Positions 29,115 to 39,302 are shown, numbered from the stretch's first letter. The stretch is DNA of 64,000 bases from a bacterium (GCA_965219955.1 OZ244799.1:384001-448000), one strand, 5' to 3'. Numbers and translations: made by a program. The notes: generated by a model from the sequence alone, not told the origin.

Positions 29115-30095
29115 TCACCCCACCGGGTAGCGCGGCTCCTCCCCCTGCAGGACGCGCAATACGTCCGTCGCCGCCTTTCGCCGCATGTCCTCCAAGGCTG
29201 CCGTGCTGTACCACGCGCTGTGCGGCGTGACGCGGCAGTTGGGAAGCCCGAGCAGCGGGTGATTCGGCCCCGGGGGTTCAACTTCCAACACGTCGAGGCC
29301 CGCGCCCCGGATGGCGTTTCTCTTTAAGGCATCGGCCAGCGCATTCTCGTCCACGAGTTCGCCGCGCGCCACGTTGATCAGAACGGCGTCCGTCTTCATG
29401 CGATCGAGCGCGTCGGTGTTCACGATGCCGCGCGTTTCGGATGTCAAGGGCGCGTGGAGGGAGACGTAGTCGGATTCCTCCCATATCTGCGATAGTGCGG
29501 CGTTCTCGGCTCCCAGCTCCTCGAAAACGGATTCGGGCGCAAAGGGATCGTGCGCGGCGATCCGCATCCCGAAGGCGCGCGCCTTTCCGGCCAGGGCTGC
29601 GCCGATCCGCCCGATTCCCACTACGCCCAAGGTCGCGCCGCGCAGCGGGGCGATGGGCCGGAGTGCGGCGATGCCCCAGCCGCCTTTTTCGACTTCCGCG
29701 ATACCTTGCTCCAGCTTTCGGGCGAAGTAGAGGATGAGCGCCATGGCGTGATCCGATACCTCATCGACGCAGTAATCGGGCACGCAGGTGACCGGAATGC
29801 CCTTCGCCCTCGCGGCTTCGAGGTCGATGTTGTCCACGCCCACGCCGCCTCGCGCGAGGATTCTGCAGTGCTTCAGCTTCGCGATGACCTCTGCGGTGAA
29901 GGTGGGAATCGAACCGATGATGACGCCTTCCGCATCCGCGCAGAGTTCGATCAGGGATACAGCGTCCGCTCCCATGCCCAGGCGCAGACGGGGACCCAGC
30001 GGCGAGAGTATCTCCTCCTCGACCGTGGGGGGGCCGAAGCGCGTTCCGGCGACGGCGATGAGCGGGCCGTCTTTTGCGGGTGGACTCAATACCAT
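29115..30095 (-). CDS. D-isomer-specific 2-hydroxyacid dehydrogenase (CtBP-like)
   Basis: GVGVDNID, VPDYCVDEVSDH, GIGRIG, INVARG, TPHSAWYS. Confidence 0.9.
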   Translation of the reverse strand: MVLSPPAKDGPLIAVAGTRFGPPTVEEEILSPLGPRLRLGMGADAVSLIELCADAEGVIIGSIPTFTAEVIAKLKHCRILARGGVGVDNIDLEAARAKGIPVTCVPDYCVDEVSDHAMALILYFARKLEQGIAEVEKGGWGIAALRPIAPLRGATLGVVGIGRIGAALAGKARAFGMRIAAHDPFAPESVFEELGAENAALSQIWEESDYVSLHAPLTSETRGIVNTDALDRMKTDAVLINVARGELVDENALADALKRNAIRGAGLDVLEVEPPGPNHPLLGLPNCRVTPHSAWYSTAALEDMRRKAATDVLRVLQGEEPRYPVG

Positions 30096-30160
30096 AGCTT
30101 CCCCGGGGTTCCCCGTTTCAGGAGGGTGAGGTGTATGAACAAGCGCCGGCGCGCATATAC

Positions 30161-30198
30161 AAATAAAAAACACCGCGACCGGTTGGCCGCGGTGTTTG
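30161..30198 (-). terminator. Rho-independent terminator of the ferredoxin gene
   Basis: Minus strand: AAACACCGCGGCC-AACC-GGTCGCGGTGTTTTTT. Confidence 0.8.
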
Positions 30199-30214
30199 AA
30201 TCAGCAGGGTGGCG

Positions 30215-30526
30215 CTAGCGCAGCACGTTGTCCGATCTGCGCGGCGGATCGTTCGCCGGGCGCGGCTCGACCGGCTCGTTGTTCTTGAATTCCTCGGTGA
30301 GTTCCGCGTTGATTTCCGCCCATACGGGATCGTCGTCTTCACTCTCGAGGATGGCGTCAATCGGGCACTCCGGCTGACAGACGCCGCAGTCGATGCATTC
30401 TTCGGGGTCGATGATCAGGAAGGGCTCCCCTTTGTACTCGCCCGGGTGCATACAATCTACGGGACAGACGCTCACGCACGTTGCATAACGCTCGCCCAGG
30501 CATTTCTCCCCGATGACAAATGTCAT
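30215..30526 (-). CDS. 7Fe-type dicluster ferredoxin (FdxA-like)
   Basis: C-x7-CxxxCPVDC and CIDCGVCQPECP. Confidence 0.9.
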   Translation of the reverse strand: MTFVIGEKCLGERYATCVSVCPVDCMHPGEYKGEPFLIIDPEECIDCGVCQPECPIDAILESEDDDPVWAEINAELTEEFKNNEPVEPRPANDPPRRSDNVLR

Positions 30527-30725
30527 GGATGATTCCCTCCTACGGATGATGAAGATTTTTACGATCTGAACCCCGAGGGACGGGCCCCCTGGCGATTCAC
30601 GTTTATTGAACTCAAATTCACCTGGATACCCCAAGCGCAGAGCGATGCTACCAGATGCCGCTCCCGAAAATCAAGGGTTGAGATGCACAAAATCGAGATT
30701 CTTTCACCGGCGGACGAGAGCGTTT

Positions 30726-31655
30726 TCAGCCCTTTGGCTCCGGGGTGGCGTCAAAGATTTTCCCGAGCGCGCGGAGCATGGTTTCGACCGATTCGGGCGG
30801 CACGCCGCCGAGTTCTTCGTGGAAATCGAACCCCTGGAGCCAGCGGAATTTTTCGAGCGATGCGGCGCTGATGTGCGAGTCCACGCCCAGCGATTCGAGC
30901 GTCGAGACGACGCCTTCCATCTCCTGCGCGCGCCTTTCGGCGACGATGAGGCTCGTGCCCGCCAGGCTCAGGGCCAGATCCCGCAAGGGAAGCCCCTCCA
31001 CGGTGCCGGCGATGGACTCGAGGAGTTCATCCACGATCCCGCAGCGCCTCGCCGCCTCGATGGCTTCGAGAAAGGTCATCATCAGCCCCTTGGTGAACAC
31101 GCTGCGCACGACCTTGAGGGCGGAGGCGTCTCCCACGCGCTCGCTGAGCACCTGAAGCTGCATCCCGTAGCGCGCCATCGCCTCGCTCAGGCGCCCGGCT
31201 TCGGGTCCCGAGATCAACGTGACGACCTTGTGGCCATACACCTCTGCGGGGTCGCATATCGCCCCGTCAATCGGCCGGCCTCCGCCCGCCTCTACGACGC
31301 GGCCGATCTCTTTCTTCGCCTCGGGCGTCGTGGTGTTCAAATCCAGGTAGACGGCGCTTCGGACGAAAGGGGAGGCGCTGCGCGCCGTATCCAGCGCGCT
31401 TTCCGGCGTGACGAGCGACAAGACGAAATCCACGCCTTCGAGCGCCTCTTCCATGGACTGCGTCATCAGAATCGCCGGGTGATCGGAGGCGTCGAGATGT
31501 TCGGGCCGCCAGGGCGGTCTTTTCCAGACGCGGACCTTCGCCGCGCCGGCCTCCGCCAGTCCCCGGGCGATGGGTCTGCCGGCCATGCCGAATCCCAGGA
31601 CGCAGACGGTGGGATGGGTTTCAAGGTTCAAGAAGGTTTCTCCATCGGGCTTCAT
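30726..31655 (-). CDS. NAD(P)-dependent oxidoreductase (6PGD/HIBADH-like, DUF1932-type C-terminus)
   Basis: LGFGMAG, GDASALKVVRSVFTKG, AERRAQEM. Confidence 0.8.
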   Translation of the reverse strand: MKPDGETFLNLETHPTVCVLGFGMAGRPIARGLAEAGAAKVRVWKRPPWRPEHLDASDHPAILMTQSMEEALEGVDFVLSLVTPESALDTARSASPFVRSAVYLDLNTTTPEAKKEIGRVVEAGGGRPIDGAICDPAEVYGHKVVTLISGPEAGRLSEAMARYGMQLQVLSERVGDASALKVVRSVFTKGLMMTFLEAIEAARRCGIVDELLESIAGTVEGLPLRDLALSLAGTSLIVAERRAQEMEGVVSTLESLGVDSHISAASLEKFRWLQGFDFHEELGGVPPESVETMLRALGKIFDATPEPKG

Positions 31656-31878
31656 GTGGATGGGGACATGATTCCCGATCATATTCCATGGAAACGAGAT
31701 ATTGTGAAGTGATTATAAAGTAAGGCGGGCGTGCGTCTCCAGCGCGTCCGGTATTTTTCGGTCGGCTTCTTGTTTGCGGGATAACGCGAAGAACGAATCT
31801 GGGGCGTGGCGTGTGGACTCGCTGGTTCCCGTCTCCGAATTCACAGCACGGGCCAGGGACGGAGGACGTTCCTCCACG

Positions 31879-32348
31879 CGAGGTTGTTGAAATAGCCCCA
31901 TGACAAAGGGCTGTTGAAAAGTCCCTCCTCGGTCGGAATTGACCACCACCGTCATTCCGGCGAAAGCCGGAATCCATTTTCGCCTTGGTCTTTTCGCCTC
32001 CTCGCTCGGACGTCTTTACTCCCGGGCGGGAAGGATCGGAATCGAACACAAAAACGAAAGGCGAATTTTCTGAATTCCGCATCCGGACGCCGCGCGATAA
32101 CAAGGTCGTGGCCGCCCTGCCCGGTGAAAAGTCAAAATGGATTCCGGCTTTCGCCGGAATGACGGGTGTTGTGATCTCTCCGGAAAGGTGTCGTAGGGGC
32201 ACTTCGTGAAGCGCCCGTTTCTCCGGAAAGGTGTCGTAGGGGCGGACCTGTGTGTCCGCCCGATTTGATGTCTCCGCTATATGAAGGGGGCGGGACGGAT
32301 GATCGCTTGGGGCGGACACACAGTCAGACATATATGTCTGACCCCTAC
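31879..32348. repeat. TIR-like ends + dRS3-like doublet + GTAG REPs
   Basis: TIR-like at 31879 and 31907; doublet 31951-31976/32138-32163. Confidence 0.8.
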
Positions 32349-32481
32349 AAACCCCTGTCCCCGGAGTTGCTCCCGCATTCACCGCTATTGCGCGCAACGC
32401 CTTCCTCGTCCCGAACGGGCCGGACGGCGATCAGCGGAGTCTAAAAACGCGCGCGGCCTGCTCTCCCGCCTGCGCGAAAGT

Positions 32482-32946
32482 CTAGTTCGTCACCTTCAGG
32501 GAGTAATCGGGCGTCGGGTTCAGGGGGCATGAATAATAATAATCGCCCTCTTTGAGCGTGATGTGGTAATCCCTCGATTTCCCCTTGGTGAGGCCGCCCC
32601 CCGAGACCTTCGGCAGCGTGAGGCGTCCGACCCCTGCGCCCCTCAGATAAAACCCGAGCCCGTAGGGCACGTTCTTGTTCGTCACCCGGAAAATATAGGG
32701 GCCTGGCTTCAGCGTGATGGTTTTGGAGCCGGCGAGGCGCTTTTTCCCGCTCTTGGAGTTGATGGCCTTGCAGTCGGCCGACCCCGTGGTCTTGAAGCCG
32801 TGGTCCTCCCCCTCGGGTTCGGTGAACTGGCACCCCGTCTGGGTGAGGGTGATGACGGTCGGCTCGGCGGCGTTCACGCCGGTCGATGCGAGGGGGAGCA
32901 AGGATACCGCAAGGAGAATCATGAGCGTTTTCTGGACGTTTTGCAT
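32482..32946 (-). CDS. secreted cupredoxin-like protein
   Basis: Signal peptide (..STGVNA-AE); LKPGPYIFRVTN, LKEGDYYYSCPLNPTPDY. Confidence 0.7.
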   Translation of the reverse strand: MQNVQKTLMILLAVSLLPLASTGVNAAEPTVITLTQTGCQFTEPEGEDHGFKTTGSADCKAINSKSGKKRLAGSKTITLKPGPYIFRVTNKNVPYGLGFYLRGAGVGRLTLPKVSGGGLTKGKSRDYHITLKEGDYYYSCPLNPTPDYSLKVTN

Positions 32947-33124
32947 GGCGTTGTTCCTTATTCGGATCTTCCAGCATTTGATTCGCCGGGGAGATACGCC
33001 GGGCTTGGCAGGCGGCTGTTTTCGATGACAGTCGCATTCTATTATACAGGCGCTCTTCGAAGAGCATACCAAAAAGATGCGTCGGGTTGATGAAAAAACG
33101 TCGAACAAATCGTCAACAATGATA

Positions 33125-34195
33125 TCAGGCCGGCAGGCTGAACCAGATGTGGATGACGCCTTCGTCATGCCAGGCGCCCACTTCGCCTCCGTGCGCCTCG
33201 ATGAGAGCCTTCACTATCGCCAGTCCGATGCCCGCTCCCCCGCTTTCGCGAGAACGCGATTTTTCCGTGCGGTAGAACCTCTCGAAGATGAGCCCGACAT
33301 CTTCCTTCTCTTTCGGGAAATCCTTGCAGGTATTTGAAAATACGATCTTCATCCCGTTTTTTCGCTGCTCCGCCCGGACGCGGAACTCCCCTCCCTCGGG
33401 CGTGTGCCGGCATGCGTTCTGGACGATGTTTCCCAAAGCCTGGACGATTTTGTCCCGGTCCGCCCGCACTGCGCGCCACTCGCCGCCGAAATCCACGGTC
33501 ACCCCGATTTTTCTGGCTTCGAAATCGCGCCGGTAGAGTTCGATGACGCGCTCGACCAGATGCGGCAAATCGATTTCCTCTCGTCGTAGATAGACCTTTG
33601 CGGCCTCGGCGCGGGCGAGTTGATGAAAATCCTGGACCAGGCGCACGAGACGCAGAATTTCATCCTTCAGCATGGAGAACGTCTCTTTGGCGGGCGGAAT
33701 GGCGCCATCGGACAGGCCCTCGAGGTAGCCTCGCACCGTGGTGAGCGGGGTTCTCAGCTCATGGGCGACATCCACCAGCATGGTTTTTCTCAGGTTTTCG
33801 ATTTTCTCCAGATTCTCGGCCATCTGGTTGAACATCACCCCGAACTGGCCGACCTCGTCTTTCGATGAGATATCCGCGCGCGCGGTGAAATCGCCCAGCG
33901 ATACTTTCCGGGATACTTCCGCCATCGCGTACAGCGGACGCAACACCCTTCGGGTGAGGAAGAAACTCAAGGCGACGGCCATGATCATGGCGAGTATGCT
34001 CGTGTTGATGATGTGGCGATGCACGGCGTCCAGGAACATCTGGTGTATTTCCGTGGGCGAGATGTTGTATTTGCGCATCAGGGCGGCGAAGTAATCGGCG
34101 GAGAGGAAATTGATCGACGTCCAGACAACCAGAATGACCAGCACGATGACCGGAAGGTTGGTGGCCAGGAGTTTCCAGAGCAGGCGACTCTTCAT
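33125..34195 (-). CDS. HAMP-domain sensor histidine kinase (BaeS-like)
   Basis: Two TM segments, DEVGQFG, VAHELRTPL, IFERFYR, GAGIGLAIVK. Confidence 0.92.
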   Translation of the reverse strand: MKSRLLWKLLATNLPVIVLVILVVWTSINFLSADYFAALMRKYNISPTEIHQMFLDAVHRHIINTSILAMIMAVALSFFLTRRVLRPLYAMAEVSRKVSLGDFTARADISSKDEVGQFGVMFNQMAENLEKIENLRKTMLVDVAHELRTPLTTVRGYLEGLSDGAIPPAKETFSMLKDEILRLVRLVQDFHQLARAEAAKVYLRREEIDLPHLVERVIELYRRDFEARKIGVTVDFGGEWRAVRADRDKIVQALGNIVQNACRHTPEGGEFRVRAEQRKNGMKIVFSNTCKDFPKEKEDVGLIFERFYRTEKSRSRESGGAGIGLAIVKALIEAHGGEVGAWHDEGVIHIWFSLPA

Positions 34196-34196
34196 G

Positions 34197-34907
34197 CTAA
34201 TGATCTCCTTGTTCTTCCGCTTCCGCAAAACGATACCCCACACCGCGCACCGTGAGGATGAGATGGGGATTCGCTGAGTTGCACTCGATTTTTTGCCGAA
34301 GTTTCCCGATGTGGACATCCACAACGCGAGCGACCACGGCGTCCGAGGTATGGTAGAGCCTGGTGAGTAGTTCGTGGCGGGAAAAAACGCGCCCGGGCGC
34401 GCTCATGAGCGTCAGGAGCAGCTTGTATTCCGAAGGGGTGAGCGCTACGGGTTTGCCGTTTCGGGTGAGTTTGTGTTTTTCGGGCTCCAGAATGAGGTTG
34501 CCGAAAGAGATTTTCGCCTTCCGGAGCATGGGCGCGTTTTTGGTGCGCCTGAGGATGGCCTTGACGCGCTCGATGAGTTCTTTCGGGCTGAAGGGCTTGA
34601 CGACGTAATCATCGGCGCCCAGCGAGAAGCCGAGAAGCCTGTCGATCTCTCCCTCCCTGGCCGTGAGCATCAGGATGGGAACTTCGGACTCCTCCCGGAG
34701 CCGCCTGCAAACCTCCCACCCGTTCATTTTCGGGAGCATCAGATCGAGCACGACGAAAACGGGCGTCCACTCGCGCGCCAGTTGCAGGGCCCGCTCCCCG
34801 TCATGAGCGATGATGGTGTGGAAACCTTCCTGGCGTAAAGATTTGTCGATGAGCGATGCGATGTTTTTCTCATCCTCGACGATGAGAATGGAATCTTTCT
34901 GGTTCAT
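34197..34907 (-). CDS. OmpR-family response regulator
   Basis: IVEDE, LDLMLP, GADDYVVKPF, VDVHIGKLRQK, TVRGVGYRF. Confidence 0.95.
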   Translation of the reverse strand: MNQKDSILIVEDEKNIASLIDKSLRQEGFHTIIAHDGERALQLAREWTPVFVVLDLMLPKMNGWEVCRRLREESEVPILMLTAREGEIDRLLGFSLGADDYVVKPFSPKELIERVKAILRRTKNAPMLRKAKISFGNLILEPEKHKLTRNGKPVALTPSEYKLLLTLMSAPGRVFSRHELLTRLYHTSDAVVARVVDVHIGKLRQKIECNSANPHLILTVRGVGYRFAEAEEQGDH

Positions 34908-34978
34908 GGAATTGCTTCCCCGCCTCGAGTACCTGAAGTACCTGTTGAAATGTTATCAACGAAGGCGGCGCCGCAACG

Positions 34979-34993
34979 TTAAGATTCTGTAAG
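34979..34993. promoter_or_regulatory. possible OmpR/CpxR-type direct-repeat box
   Basis: TTAAG-N5-GTAAG upstream of the response regulator. Confidence 0.35.
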
Positions 34994-35094
34994 GAATTTC
35001 AGAGGTGAGTCAAGAAAAAAAATGAAGGGTTGGCGAGTAAAAACGCAGCACTGACTCCCGCATCATCTGTTGCGGTGTTCTACGCGAGTGCTTC

Positions 35095-35985
35095 TTATTC
35101 TTCGAGACCCATCAGGCGGGCGGGGTTTCGCTGCACCATCCAGCGAATCTCCTCGTCTTCGAACCCCAGGCGCAGCATCGTGGCGATGAACATGCGCAGC
35201 ATTTCCGTCGGCGGGGGATTGAGGTCGAGTTGCGCGTCGGTGCTCATCACGCATCGCTCGGGGCCGAGTGCGCGCGCGGTTTCGGCCACTTTCACCGGGT
35301 CCAGGTCGCGCCACATGGGGAAGGCCGATATCCAGGTGAACTCGACGATGTAGCCCAAATCCGCCACCTCGCGCAGCTGCCCCTCGCTCGCGTCGATGAT
35401 GAAGATGATCGGATGGGTGAAGATGAATTTCTTGACCCCGATCTCCTTCGCGCGCCTCGCCAGGGCGACGCCTTCCTCCGCCGACAAATGCCCCGTGGCC
35501 ACGGCCACGTCCGCGTCGCGGGCGATTTCGAGTATGGCGTCCGCCTCGGGGCGTACCGCGCCGTCTGCGTCCAGAACGGTCAGGCCCTGCGCGGGCGGGG
35601 GCTGCCTGTAGGCTTCCGCGATGCGTTTGCTGTAGGCGCCCACCGCGATGTCGTTCGCCGCGGAGTAGGTGGGCATCCAGATGACCTTCACGCCGAGGCG
35701 CGCCGCGCTTTCCGCCGCGAAGGGCGAAAGACCGCCCACGTTGGCGTTCAGCGTGATGGCGCCGAAGGCCGTGACGCCCGGATAGACCTCGTTCAGGATC
35801 CTCGCCTGGGCGATGGTGGGCCACAGGTGGCTCTTCATCACGAAGCCGCGCATGCCGACGTCGCGCGCGAGTTCGGCCCATTCGTGGTCCAGCACGCGGC
35901 CTGGTTCTTCCAGGAATACCTGGGGGAAGATGTGGGCGTGAACGTCGATGGCGCCTTCGAGGAGGTCGTCGGCCTTGGTGCGCAT
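35095..35985 (-). CDS. DUF6282-like metal-dependent hydrolase (amidohydrolase fold)
   Basis: AIDVHAH, MKSH, IWMPT, ATGHLS, FTHP, STD. Confidence 0.75.
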   Translation of the reverse strand: MRTKADDLLEGAIDVHAHIFPQVFLEEPGRVLDHEWAELARDVGMRGFVMKSHLWPTIAQARILNEVYPGVTAFGAITLNANVGGLSPFAAESAARLGVKVIWMPTYSAANDIAVGAYSKRIAEAYRQPPPAQGLTVLDADGAVRPEADAILEIARDADVAVATGHLSAEEGVALARRAKEIGVKKFIFTHPIIFIIDASEGQLREVADLGYIVEFTWISAFPMWRDLDPVKVAETARALGPERCVMSTDAQLDLNPPPTEMLRMFIATMLRLGFEDEEIRWMVQRNPARLMGLEE

Positions 35986-36155
35986 GAAGAAAAACCCTCC
36001 GGGTGCGAGCAGGAAAATCGCTTGAGATCGAAAAAGTCATCATGCGCCATGCGGGGGCGGCGGGCAAGCCGGTTCCCGCCGCGCCGTCCAGGTGATATTC
36101 TCCAATAAAGTTCTCATGAGCAGGAATAACGATTTCTCCCTGAAAAGGATTTCCC

Positions 36156-37286
36156 ATGCCCCCCACCCAGAGCATCGGAACGCCGGTGCGTGAAATCGAA
36201 ACGCCCGCCCTGCTGGTCGACCTCGACGTCATGGAGGAGAACCTCGCGTTGATGGCGAAGCGCCTGGAAGGAACGGGCGTGAGTCTCCGCGCCCACGCCA
36301 AGACGCACAAGAGCCCCTGGCTCGCGAGAAAGCAGATGGCGCTCGGCGCGGTGGGGGTTTGCTGCCAGAAGGTGAGCGAGGCCGAGGTGATGGTGGAAGG
36401 CGGCGTCGGGAACGTCCTCGTGAGCAGCGAGGTCACGGCCGCCTCGAAGCTCAGGCGTCTGGCCGCGCTCGCGCGCCATGCGGACCTGATGGTGGTGGTG
36501 GATCACCCCCAGGGGGTGGCGATGCTCTCAGAAGCCGTGACGGCGGCAGGAGCGGAAATCGGCGTGCTCGTCGACGTGGACGTGGGCCAGGGCCGCTGCG
36601 GCGTCGCTCCCGGAGAGGCGGCGGTGGAACTGGCCCGGCGCGTGGAGGCGGCGAAAGGGCTCGAACTCAAGGGGATTCAGGCTTATCAGGGAAAAGCCCA
36701 GCACGTGGACGGCTTCGCCGAGCGGCGCGGGGTTTACGCAGACGCCATCGCGCGGATGCGCGAGACGGTGGACGCGTTCGAGGCCGCGGGGCTTCCGCTT
36801 GAGATCAGGAGCGGCGGCGGCACGGGTTCATGGCGCTGGGACGCGGAATCCGGCGTGCTGAACGAGCTCCAGGCGGGCAGCTATCTCTTCATGGATTCGC
36901 ATTACAAGAGCATCGGCGGCGAGGACTCGGAGACTTATGACGACTTCAGGCCGAGTCTTTTCGTGCTGACGACCGTGGTGAGCGCGCCCGGCCCCGGCCA
37001 CGTCGTGATGGACGCCGGCCACAAGGCGCTCTCCTCGGACAGCGGGCTGGCGCCCTGCCTCGAACTCGAGGGCGCCGTGCACGCGCGGGCGTCTGATGAG
37101 CACGGCGTGCTGGATCTATCCCCGGCTTCGAGGCGGCCCGAGATCGGCGAGACGCTCCTGTTCCAGCCCAGCCACTGCGACCCGACCATCAACCTCTACG
37201 ACGTCTACCACGGCATACGCGGCGGCATGGAAGAGGGCGTCCTCGAAGCCGTGATCCCCGTCGCCGCGCGCGGCTGCGTGTGGTAG
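36156..37286 (+). CDS. DSD1 family PLP enzyme (D-threonine aldolase/D-serine dehydratase-like)
   Basis: RAHAKTHK, GRCGV, SGGGTG, ELQAGSYLFMD, SDEHG, PSHCDPT. Confidence 0.9.
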   Translation: MPPTQSIGTPVREIETPALLVDLDVMEENLALMAKRLEGTGVSLRAHAKTHKSPWLARKQMALGAVGVCCQKVSEAEVMVEGGVGNVLVSSEVTAASKLRRLAALARHADLMVVVDHPQGVAMLSEAVTAAGAEIGVLVDVDVGQGRCGVAPGEAAVELARRVEAAKGLELKGIQAYQGKAQHVDGFAERRGVYADAIARMRETVDAFEAAGLPLEIRSGGGTGSWRWDAESGVLNELQAGSYLFMDSHYKSIGGEDSETYDDFRPSLFVLTTVVSAPGPGHVVMDAGHKALSSDSGLAPCLELEGAVHARASDEHGVLDLSPASRRPEIGETLLFQPSHCDPTINLYDVYHGIRGGMEEGVLEAVIPVAARGCVW

Positions 37287-37304
37287 CTCAACCCCGACCG
37301 GTGA

Positions 37305-37747
37305 GGGCTTGTTGAAAAACCCGGCATGGGAATCCTGCCGGCAGAAGGTTTGTAGGGACAGGCCTCCGTGCCTGTCCTGCGTCTGCGGGCCGCATAGATT
37401 CGGCCCGTTCTGTCAGTGAAAGAAAAGGGGAAAGGTTCGTCATTCCGGCGAAAGCCGGAATCCATTTTCGCCTTTGTCTTTGGCCTTTCGCCCGGTCGTC
37501 CTCTCTCCCGGGCGGGGAGGATCGGAATCGAACACGAAAGGCGAATTCTCTGAATCCCTCATGCCGACGCCGCGCGACAACAAGGTCGTGGCCGTCCTGC
37601 CCGGTAAAAAGTCAAAATGGATTCCGGCTTTCGCCGGAATGACGGCTTCGTGGTGAACCGCATCAGCTGTCTCCGGAACGACGCCCGAATCCAGGCGCAC
37701 ACGAAAAGCATCCTCAATTCCAACCGAGAAGGTTTTTCAACAACCCC
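37305..37747. repeat. TIR-bounded cassette: GTAG REP + dRS3-like doublet
   Basis: GGGCTTGTTGAAAAA...TTTTTCAACAACCCC; right part homologous to 13103-13419. Confidence 0.85.
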
Positions 37748-37811
37748 TTGCCAAGGGGGCTTTTTGGGCAACCCCGGGAATACAGGATGCGGCCCCTGCC
37801 AACCCTGGCCC

Positions 37812-38336
37812 CTACGCCGGCTTTCCGAACGTGGCCACCCGGTCCACGCGGCATTCGAAGAGCACGCGCTTCTCGTCGATGGCGGGGTCTCTGAGCGCGT
37901 AGGGCGGGTCCGCGCCCGTGTATTTCGTCCAGATGCGGTCGAGCTGCTCCGTCGCCCGCTCGCCGCCCGGTCCGTCCTCGTGTATCTCGTTCACCACCGT
38001 GCACTTGATGCTCATCCAGTGGTAGGGGTTCTCGGGGTTCACGAGGAGGATCGTGAGTTGCGGGTTGTTCCGAATCCATCCGCACTTGGGCCGGTGTGCG
38101 GCCGTGTTCACCAGAATGGTGTCGCCCTCGTAGTCGAACCACATGGGCGTCATGTTCACGCGCCCGTCGGGGCCGATGAGGCCGAGCGTGACGGTGATTT
38201 TCATGTCCAGCAAATCCCTGTAGATGGGGTCCAGGTCCGCCAGGCCGCTCGCCTTCGCCCTCTCGCCTATGGCGAACTGGCCCTCCTGCAGACCCTCGGA
38301 CACGTCCTTGAACTTGGCTACGGTGAATTCCGCCAT
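37812..38336 (-). CDS. pyridoxamine 5'-phosphate oxidase-like (PPOX/F420) family protein
   Basis: PDGRVNMTPMWF, NTAAHRPK, NPENPYHWM; RBS GGAGG. Confidence 0.8.
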   Translation of the reverse strand: MAEFTVAKFKDVSEGLQEGQFAIGERAKASGLADLDPIYRDLLDMKITVTLGLIGPDGRVNMTPMWFDYEGDTILVNTAAHRPKCGWIRNNPQLTILLVNPENPYHWMSIKCTVVNEIHEDGPGGERATEQLDRIWTKYTGADPPYALRDPAIDEKRVLFECRVDRVATFGKPA

Positions 38337-38384
38337 CGCGCACGTCCTCCTGAAGCGTGAAAAAGTGATATGTGGATTTCCCGG

Positions 38385-38413
38385 ATGCTAGCAGGGGGCG
38401 GGCGGCCCGGCAA
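38385..38413 (-). promoter_or_regulatory. sigma70-type promoter TTGCCG-N17-TAGCAT
   Basis: Correct spacing upstream of 38336. Confidence 0.5.
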
Positions 38414-38418
38414 GGGGA
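38400..38418. repeat. 19-bp direct repeat, copy 1
   Basis: GGGCGGCCCGGCAAGGGGA, identical to 39284-39302. Confidence 0.8.
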
Positions 38419-38505
38419 AGGGCGGATCGCCGCGAAGCTGTCTCCGGTCTTGCGCTATGCCCTCTCCGCCGCCGTGTCGTTGCGGATGCCGACGTTTTGA
38501 CGTAT

Positions 38506-38531
38506 GGTAGAAGGAGTAATTTTTTTCTACC
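38506..38531. promoter_or_regulatory. probable vapBC operator
   Basis: GGTAGAA-N12-TTCTACC inverted repeat just upstream of vapB. Confidence 0.55.
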
Positions 38532-38544
38532 CTGGGAGTCGGCG

Positions 38545-38802
38545 ATGGGTCTCAACATCAAAAATGAGGAAACCTGCAGGCTCGCTGCTGATTTGGCCCG
38601 ACTGACCGGCGAGACGAAGACCGGCGCGATTACGGTCGCCCTGCAGGAACGTCTCGAACGCGAGAAAAGGCTGCGCGACGCAGACGTTCGCGCTCAGAAA
38701 CTGCGCGCCATCGCGGAGCGCTGTGCGAAACTTTTGGATCCGGGGCCTTCCGCCGTGGAGCACGGCGACGTGCTATACGACGAACGGGGGTTACCGAAGT
38801 GA
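38545..38802 (+). CDS. vapB: VapB antitoxin (Rv0623-like)
   Basis: MGLNIKNEET..LARLTGETKTGAI..LYDERGLPK. Confidence 0.9.
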   Translation: MGLNIKNEETCRLAADLARLTGETKTGAITVALQERLEREKRLRDADVRAQKLRAIAERCAKLLDPGPSAVEHGDVLYDERGLPK

Positions 38803-39185
38803 TCGTCGACAGTTCGGCGCTCCTCGCCGTTCTCTACCGCGAGGAGGACGCGGAACGCTACGAGAAGGCGATCGCTTCGGCCGCGCATCCTCGCATGTCG
38901 GTCGCCAATGTGCTGGAAACTTCCATCGTCCTGGAAGGTCGCGGCGGCGCGGCGGCGGGGCACGAACTCGATTTGTTCCTGAGAGACGCCGAAATCGAAT
39001 TGGCGCCTGTTGGCCTGGAACATCTGGAAGCGGCCCGGCGCGCCTGGCGGCGCTTCGGCAAGGGGAATCATCCGGCATCGCTGAACTTCGGAGATTGCTT
39101 CGCCTATGCGCTCGCCGACCTGATGGACGAGCCGCTGCTGTTCAAGGGCGAGGACTTCACCCACACCGATATCGAGGCGGCTTGA
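38799..39185 (+). CDS. vapC: VapC PIN-domain toxin
   Basis: MIVDSSAL..FGKGNHPASLNFGDCFAYA..LLFKGEDF. Confidence 0.92.
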   Translation: MIVDSSALLAVLYREEDAERYEKAIASAAHPRMSVANVLETSIVLEGRGGAAAGHELDLFLRDAEIELAPVGLEHLEAARRAWRRFGKGNHPASLNFGDCFAYALADLMDEPLLFKGEDFTHTDIEAA

Positions 39186-39283
39186 ACGCGAAAGCCCTGT
39201 GGAATGCGCCTGGGAGCAGATGGTACAGAGCGCGTTCTTCACGATTTTGTCGGGATTGGTATCGTCCACTGGAGGCGTGGCGT

Positions 39284-39302
39284 GGGCGGCCCGGCAAGGG
39301 GA
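39284..39302. repeat. 19-bp direct repeat, copy 2
   Basis: Identical to 38400-38418. Confidence 0.8.
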
